Source of the DNA: an uncultured Chloroflexia bacterium
Lineage (GTDB): Bacteria > Chloroflexota > Limnocylindria > Limnocylindrales > CSP1-4
Assembly (NCBI GenBank): GCA_963720755.1
Contig: CAVRGP010000011.1
Coordinates: 704,001-768,000 of the forward strand
Direction of reading: 5' to 3'
Length of the DNA stretch: 64,000 nt
Of this stretch, positions 57,096-64,000 are shown in pieces. The position numbers were made by a program, and so were the translations under genes. A model generated the notes under the pieces. That model ran no database searches, had not been told where the DNA came from, and saw only the letters and a list, made by a program, of their open reading frames with translations. Position 1 is the first letter of the stretch. Every line of letters starts with the position of its first letter.

Positions 57096-58682
57096 GTGTC
57101 CGACGTCACCCGCCTGCTCGCGCATGAGATGGCCGCCCTCCTGCGGTCCGGTGATGTGTCGTCGCGCGAGCTCACCGAGGCGCACCTGTCGGCCGCCGAG
57201 CGGGACAACCCGGCGCTCAATGCCTGGCTCCTGATCGACCGCGATCGAGCCCTCCAGATGGCGGACACGGCCGACGCCCGGCTTGCGGCCGCCAGGAGCG
57301 AGCCAGGCGATGCCCTCGACGGATCGCCGCTGCTGGGCATCCCCGTGGCCCTGAAGGACCTCGTGTCGGTCGCTGGCGGCCCATGCACGGCCGGATCCCG
57401 GATCCTCGCGGGATACCACGCCCCGTATGACGCCCACATCACGGAGCGCCTGCGGGAGGCAGGGGCCGTCATCCTGGGCAAGACGAACATGGACGAATTC
57501 GCGATGGGCTCGTCGACCGAGCATTCGGCGTTCGGGCCCACGGCGAACCCCTGGGCCCTCGACCGGGTCCCGGGTGGCAGCAGCGGCGGGTCGGCCGCCG
57601 CCGTCGCGGCATTCCATAGCCCGCTGTCGATCGGCACCGATACCGGAGGGTCCATCCGCCAGCCGGCGGCCCTGTGCGGCATCGTCGGGATGAAACCGAC
57701 GTACGGGCGGGTCAGCCGATACGGGATCGTCGCCTTCTCCAGCTCGCTTGACCAGATCGGTCCGTTCGCCCGGGACGCGCGTGATGCCGCCGCGCTCTTG
57801 TCCGCCATCGCTGGACGTGACGACCGCGATTCGACGTCGTCGCCGGAGCCGGTCCCAGCCACCCTGACGGCGTTGGCGTCCGGCGACGACGAGGCCGCTG
57901 CAGGGTTGCGCGGAAAGCGGATCGGTCTTCCTCGCGAGTACTTCGTGGCCGGCATGGAGCCCGGCGTGGAACGGCTGGTCCGCGATGCGGTCGCGGCCCT
58001 CGGGGCCGCCGGGGCGATCGTCGAGGACGTCAGCCTGCCGCACACCGACTACGGCCTCGCCACCTACTACATCGTCGCCCCGGCTGAGGCGTCGGCCAAC
58101 CTCGCCCGATACGACGGGATCCGCTTCGGGCCGAGGATCGGCGACGGCGACGTACTCGCGAATTACCTCGCGACCCGGGGGCAGGGCTTCGGGGCGGAGG
58201 TCAAGCGCCGGATCATGCTCGGGACCTATGCACTGTCGGCCGGGTACTACGACGCCTACTACCTGAAGGCCCAGAAGGTCCGGACCCTGATCAAGGCCGA
58301 TTTCGATGCGCTCTGGGCGGATGGGTTCGATGCCCTCGTCGCGCCCACGTCCCCGACCGTGGCGTTCCGCTTCGGGGATCGTCTGGCCGACCCGGTCGCC
58401 ATGTACCTGTCCGACGCCTGCACCCTGCCGGTCAACATGGCCGGCCTGCCCGGCGTCTCCATCCCGTGCGGCCTGTCCGACGGACTGCCGGTCGGCCTCC
58501 AGCTCATCGGGGCGCCGTGGTCGGAGGCAGCGCTCCTCGGCCTGGCGCGCGGCTATGAAGCGATCACCGTCGATGAGCCGTGGCGATCGCTCGAGCCGAC
58601 TGATCTTGCCGCCGCGGCGGATCCGGCCGCCCCGAGCCCATCGGAGCGGATGGCCGCGCTGGTCGCATCGTCCGCGACCTGA
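57096..58682 (+). CDS. gatA: Asp/Glu-tRNA amidotransferase subunit A
   Basis: GKTNMDEFAMGSSTE, PGGSSGGS, GTDTGGSIRQPA, EVKRRIMLGT, GYYDAYY.KAQKVR. Confidence 0.97.
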   Translation: MSDVTRLLAHEMAALLRSGDVSSRELTEAHLSAAERDNPALNAWLLIDRDRALQMADTADARLAAARSEPGDALDGSPLLGIPVALKDLVSVAGGPCTAGSRILAGYHAPYDAHITERLREAGAVILGKTNMDEFAMGSSTEHSAFGPTANPWALDRVPGGSSGGSAAAVAAFHSPLSIGTDTGGSIRQPAALCGIVGMKPTYGRVSRYGIVAFSSSLDQIGPFARDARDAAALLSAIAGRDDRDSTSSPEPVPATLTALASGDDEAAAGLRGKRIGLPREYFVAGMEPGVERLVRDAVAALGAAGAIVEDVSLPHTDYGLATYYIVAPAEASANLARYDGIRFGPRIGDGDVLANYLATRGQGFGAEVKRRIMLGTYALSAGYYDAYYLKAQKVRTLIKADFDALWADGFDALVAPTSPTVAFRFGDRLADPVAMYLSDACTLPVNMAGLPGVSIPCGLSDGLPVGLQLIGAPWSEAALLGLARGYEAITVDEPWRSLEPTDLAAAADPAAPSPSERMAALVASSAT

Positions 58683-58772
58683 CCGACACAGCGACACGCG
58701 GCCCGCGACAACGGGCGGTGCGGCCCTCGCGCTCTGGCCGATCGCCGACGACCATTCCATCGGAGGTGACGT

Positions 58773-59588
58773 ATGCGGTTTCAGAAGCGCATCGCGCTCG
58801 GTGCCGTCCTCGGGACGGTCGCCGGGATCACGGCCAGTCGGACCGTCAAATGGTGGCGGACGTGGGGGGCGGACCCGGTCGAGAGCACGAAGGCCCTGCC
58901 CGGCGACGATCTCGTGCCGACGCCCACGGCGGTCGACACTCGGGGGATCACGATCGATGCCCCACCCGAAGCCGTCTGGCCATGGCTGGTCCAGATGGGC
59001 TATGGCCGGGCCGGCTGGTACAGCTACGACGCGCTGGACATGCGCGGCAAGAGCGCCGATCGGATCGTGCCCGAGTGGCAGACCATCGAGGTCGGCGATG
59101 TCATGCCGAACTCCCCGGGTGGCGGATTCTCGGTCCGGGCCGTCGAGCCCGGCCGGACGCTCGTGCTCTACTCCGACACAGACCTCGTCGCCAGTCAGGC
59201 CGAGGCGGCGAATGGGTCCGACCCCGGCGACGCGCCCAAGGGTCTGGCAGCCTCGGGTGCGATCCTGCGCCAGACGCCGACCGAGTTCGCGGCAAGCTGG
59301 GCGTTCGTTCTCGAGCCACTCGATCTCGGTCGAACCCGCCTGATCGAGCGCTTCCGGGTCCGCTTCGGCCAGCCGACGCCGGCCTTCAGGATCATCGCAC
59401 CGACGATGGGCTTCGGTGTCTTCGTCATGCTCCAGCGGCAGATGCTGGGCATCCGCGACCGGGCCCAGATGACCGCGGTCGCGCCGGCCATGCCGACGCC
59501 CGCCGGCAAGTCGAGCAAGGGCAAGACCAACGGGCACGCGGTCGAAGACGCCACGGCGACCGAGGTCGTGGTCGGCGCACCCGCCTGA
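58773..59588 (+). CDS. SRPBCC-like hypothetical protein
   Basis: WGA...E....LPGDD, ITIDAPPEAVWPWLVQMG.GRAGWYSYD, TRLI.R, MQRQMLGI. Confidence 0.75.
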   Translation: MRFQKRIALGAVLGTVAGITASRTVKWWRTWGADPVESTKALPGDDLVPTPTAVDTRGITIDAPPEAVWPWLVQMGYGRAGWYSYDALDMRGKSADRIVPEWQTIEVGDVMPNSPGGGFSVRAVEPGRTLVLYSDTDLVASQAEAANGSDPGDAPKGLAASGAILRQTPTEFAASWAFVLEPLDLGRTRLIERFRVRFGQPTPAFRIIAPTMGFGVFVMLQRQMLGIRDRAQMTAVAPAMPTPAGKSSKGKTNGHAVEDATATEVVVGAPA

Positions 59589-59658
59589 CGACGGCCCCGG
59601 CGCTCGCCAACCGGGCGGAGTGGCCCATCGGGGGCTCGATGACGTACGCTTCGAGGCG

Positions 59659-60876
59659 ATGGTGACCGAGTCGAGCCCCCGCGCGCCCCTGACCGAACGC
59701 GTGCTGTCGGATCGGGTCAAGAGCGTCCCCCCGTCCGGCATCCGCCGCTTCTTCGACATCCTGGCGACGATGGACGACGTCATCAGCCTCGGGGTGGGCG
59801 AGCCGGACTTCGACACCCCGCGGGTGATCGTCGAGGCCGGTGTCGAGAGTCTTCGCGAAGGTCGGACCCATTACACCTCGAACTACGGGACGCTGGAACT
59901 CCGGCGTGCCCTGACCGATCACCTCGAGGGCCGGTATGGCGTGCGCTACGACCCGGCGACCGAGTTGCTCATCACGGTCGGGGCGTCGGAAGCGGTCGAC
60001 CTGGCGCTTCGCGCGACGTGCGACCCGGGCGATGAGGTCATCCTCCATGAGCCGAGCTACGTCGCGTATGTCCCGGCGATCGTCTTCGCCGGCGGAGTCG
60101 TTCGGCACGTGGCGACCCGGTTCGAGGACGACTTCGCCCTGGATCCGGCGGCCGTCGAGGCGGCTATCACGCCGCGGACCAAGGCCCTGTTCCTGGGCTA
60201 CCCATGCAACCCGACCGGCGCAGTCCTGCCCGAGGCGGTCGCGGATGCCATCGCCGAGATCGCGGTCCGCCACGACCTGCTCGTCTACAGCGACGAGATC
60301 TACGACCGGCTAGCCTACGGGACCTACCGCCATCGGGCGATGAGTGCCCTGCCCGGGATGCGTGAGCGGACGATCCTGATGGGCGGCTTCTCGAAGGCCT
60401 ACGCGATGACCGGCTGGCGGGTCGGGTATGTCGCGGCGCCGGCCGAGATCCTTGAAGGGATGGTCAAGGTCCACCAGTACGGGATCATGTCGGCGCCCAC
60501 CACTGCCCAGGACGCCGCCCTCGCGGCGATCCTCCTCGGCGAGTCCGAGGTCGAGCGGATGCGCGCGGAGTACGACCGACGCCGTCGGCTCCTGGTCGAT
60601 GGGCTGAACGCCCTCGGTCTCGACACCTTCGAACCCCGGGGTGCGTTCTATGCCTTTCCCCGGATCTCGTCGACCGGACTGACCGATCAGGCCTTCACCG
60701 AGGGCCTGCTGACCGAGGAGCGGGTCGCGGTCGTCCCCGGCAGCGCCTTCGGACCGTCTGGCAGCGGACACGTCCGCATGTGCTATGCGACGTCGTATGA
60801 GCGACTCGAGGAAGCGCTCGTCCGGATCGGCCGGTTCGTCGAGCGACATCGGTCGGAGCCGGTCGCTCCGGCATGA
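59659..60876 (+). CDS. PLP-dependent class I aminotransferase (aspartate/PatA-like)
   Basis: SLGVGEPDF, P.NPTG, SDEIY, SKAYAMTGWR.G, GAFY.FP, VPG.AFG. Confidence 0.93.
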   Translation: MVTESSPRAPLTERVLSDRVKSVPPSGIRRFFDILATMDDVISLGVGEPDFDTPRVIVEAGVESLREGRTHYTSNYGTLELRRALTDHLEGRYGVRYDPATELLITVGASEAVDLALRATCDPGDEVILHEPSYVAYVPAIVFAGGVVRHVATRFEDDFALDPAAVEAAITPRTKALFLGYPCNPTGAVLPEAVADAIAEIAVRHDLLVYSDEIYDRLAYGTYRHRAMSALPGMRERTILMGGFSKAYAMTGWRVGYVAAPAEILEGMVKVHQYGIMSAPTTAQDAALAAILLGESEVERMRAEYDRRRRLLVDGLNALGLDTFEPRGAFYAFPRISSTGLTDQAFTEGLLTEERVAVVPGSAFGPSGSGHVRMCYATSYERLEEALVRIGRFVERHRSEPVAPA

Positions 60877-62342
60877 CCGTCACGGAGCGTGCTCGGTACG
60901 AGGCGGTCATCGGGATCGAGGTCCATTGCCAGCTTCGGACCGCGTCCAAGATGTTCTGTGGCTGCTCCACCGCCTACGACGGCGCGGACCCCAATACGCA
61001 TGTCTGTCCGGTCTGCCTCGGTCTTCCTGGGGCGCTTCCGACGATCAACCGACGCGCGGTCGAACTCGTCCTGACGACGGGAGCGGCGATCGAGGCGACC
61101 GCGCCCGAGGCGACCCGCTGGGACCGCAAGAACTACTTCTATCCGGACCTTCCGAAGGGCTACCAGATCAGCCAGTACGACCTCCCGCTGGCATCACTTG
61201 GGCGGCTGACCTTCGAGACGTCAGATGGGCCGTTCACGGTCGCGATCACCCGGGCGCACCTCGAAGAGGACACGGCCAAGCTGGTCCACGCCACCGATCC
61301 CGATGGCCGCAAGGTCAGCCTCGTCGATTTCAACCGGTCCGGCGCACCGCTCATGGAGATCGTCACCGAGCCGGACATCAGAACGGCCGAACAGGCCCGT
61401 CGCTATGCCGAGGAACTCCAGCTGCTCCTCCGATCGATCGGCGCATCCGATGCGGACATGGAGCGTGGCCAACTGCGAGTCGAGGCGAACGTTTCGCTCC
61501 GTCCGGCGGGCACGGAGCCCTTCGGGACGCGGGTCGAGGTCAAGAACATGAATTCATTCCGGGCGGTCGAGCGGGCGATCGCCTTCGAGATCGACCGTCA
61601 GGGGGCCATCCTCGATGCGGGCGAGTCGCTCGAGCAGGAGACCCGCGGATGGTCCGAGGAGAGAGGCGAGACGTATCGGATGCGGGTGAAGGAGACATCC
61701 GACGACTATCGCTACTTTCCGGAGCCGGATCTGCCGCCGTTGCATCTCGATCCCGCCTGGCTGGCCGAGATCCGCTCCAGGCTGCCGGAACTGCCCGGTT
61801 CGCGGCGAGAGCGGTACGTGGCCGTCCTCGGCCTCAGCCCCTATGACGCCGCGGTCCTGGTGGCCGATCCCGCCGCGACGACCCTGTTCGAACGGATCCT
61901 GGCCACCGACCCCGACTCGGTGCCGAAACCGGTCGCCAACTGGGTCATCGGCGAATACCTTCGACTGCGCAACGCCGCCGAAGCGCCGGTGACGATCGAT
62001 CCGGCCGAATTCGCCGTCATCATCGCCGCTGTCGAGGCCGGCTCGATCTCGCGGGCCCAGGGTCGGGAGACGCTCGAGGTCCATGCGTCCACGGGCGCAG
62101 CGGCGAAGGCGATCATCGCGGAGCGCGGCTTCCGGCAGATCACCGACAGTGACGAGATGGCGGCCGCCGTCGATGCGGCCATCCGGGCCAACCCCGGTGC
62201 CGTTGCGGACTTCCGGGCCGGCAAGGCGCAGGCGGTCGGGTTCCTCGTCGGCCAGGTCATGAAGGCGACCCGCGGACAGGCGAACGCGGCGACCGTGCAA
62301 GGGCTCGTTCGCGAGCGTTTGGCCGGGGCAGGGGAGGACTGA
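60873..62342 (+). CDS. gatB: Asp/Glu-tRNA amidotransferase subunit B
   Basis: IGIEVH.QL, KMFC.C, RKNYFYPDLPKGYQISQ, HLEED, EIVTEPD, DYRYFPEPDL. Confidence 0.97.
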   Translation: MTVTERARYEAVIGIEVHCQLRTASKMFCGCSTAYDGADPNTHVCPVCLGLPGALPTINRRAVELVLTTGAAIEATAPEATRWDRKNYFYPDLPKGYQISQYDLPLASLGRLTFETSDGPFTVAITRAHLEEDTAKLVHATDPDGRKVSLVDFNRSGAPLMEIVTEPDIRTAEQARRYAEELQLLLRSIGASDADMERGQLRVEANVSLRPAGTEPFGTRVEVKNMNSFRAVERAIAFEIDRQGAILDAGESLEQETRGWSEERGETYRMRVKETSDDYRYFPEPDLPPLHLDPAWLAEIRSRLPELPGSRRERYVAVLGLSPYDAAVLVADPAATTLFERILATDPDSVPKPVANWVIGEYLRLRNAAEAPVTIDPAEFAVIIAAVEAGSISRAQGRETLEVHASTGAAAKAIIAERGFRQITDSDEMAAAVDAAIRANPGAVADFRAGKAQAVGFLVGQVMKATRGQANAATVQGLVRERLAGAGED

Positions 62343-62345
62343 CCG

Positions 62346-62627
62346 GTGAGCCTCCTGAACATCGTGCTGTGGCTCGGTGGCGTGGCGCTCATCATCGTGG
62401 GCTACCAGCGAGCGCGGCGACCGTGGGCCCGCTACCAGGCGCTCAAGGCCCAGGACGAGAACGTCGCACGCTACCAGTCGTGGCGAGGAGGCGTTCGCGA
62501 CGATACGGCGTCGGGACCGACCGGAGCCTCGGTGGCAATGGCCATCCTCCGCCGTCAGGCGCAGGTCGGTGGCGCCATCCTCGTCACCGGAGTGGTCCTG
62601 GTCTTCGTCGGGTTCCTCATCCGCTGA
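62346..62627 (+). CDS. Small two-TM hypothetical membrane protein
   Basis: SD GGAGGA, hydrophobic N- and C-terminal helices. Confidence 0.6.
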   Translation: MSLLNIVLWLGGVALIIVGYQRARRPWARYQALKAQDENVARYQSWRGGVRDDTASGPTGASVAMAILRRQAQVGGAILVTGVVLVFVGFLIR

Positions 62628-63095
62628 TCCGTCGCAACTCGATCGAGGTGCACCGGTTCATCGCGACCTCCAGGCCGCCCTCGTAGGCGATCCGGGCCGC
62701 CTCCCAGTCCAGCACGCCGAGCTGGAGCCACAACACGCGAGCGCCGATGGCGACCGCTTCACGAGCGTGGTGGGCGCACAGCTCGGATCGCCGGAAGACG
62801 TCCACGAGGTCGAACGGTCCGGTCGCCGCGGTCGCGGCGGCCAGGGTCGGATAGGCCGGCGAACCGAGGACCTCGGTGGCGGCCGGGTTGATCGGGACAC
62901 AGTCGAACCCTCGCGCCAGGAGATCCCGGAAGACGCCATTGGACGGCCGGCCAGGGGTCGCCGACGCGCCCACCACGGCGATCCTGCGCGTCGCACCAAG
63001 GATCCGTTCGATCCCGGCATCGTCGAGGACCGGGACCGGCCCGCGCCCTTCCTCCAGGTCGAGGAAGGCAGCGGCGCGTATCCGCTCTTCCCGAG

Positions 63096-63099
<4 letters not shown>
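62617..63099 (-). CDS. CoA-binding protein (YccU-like), probable CTG start
   Basis: IAVVGAS..P.RPS..V, P.NP, DLVDVFR, LWLQLG, VAMNRC. Confidence 0.88.

Positions 63100-64000
<901 letters not shown>

Overview
High-GC (roughly 68-70% by eye) bacterial chromosomal segment. Gene content and lipoprotein style suggest Chloroflexota, possibly Limnocylindria/Ellin6529-like; this is inference only. The window is mostly core genes. In order: 3' end of gcvPB; two complete tandem peptide ABC operons (opp-like and dpp-like); an orphan family-5 solute-binding protein that is circularly permuted; a split glutaminase + NadE pair; rsmI; ssb; a HAMP-GGDEF-HD-GYP protein; a 10-ORF purine operon (purA-D-B-C-S-Q-L-F-M plus a fused purN-purH, with no purE/purK); a small glycosyltransferase/methyltransferase cluster; metG-tatD; CIRCE-controlled groES-groEL; pcrA, an FMN alpha-hydroxy-acid oxidase and ligA; an interrupted gatCA...gatB cluster; and the end of a nucleoside/sugar ABC permease. 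I saw no rRNA, tRNA, CRISPR array or transposase. Best leads: (1) the circularly permuted, Cys-paired SBP; (2) a ~210-nt pur-operon leader with a PyrR-type binding loop and an intrinsic terminator; (3) two genes that appear to start at CUG inside a CUGA stop/start overlap; (4) many leaderless TAnnnT promoters; (5) MetRS with a non-canonical HIGH motif; (6) the PurN-PurH fusion. Three single-base +1 frameshifts are probably sequencing errors.
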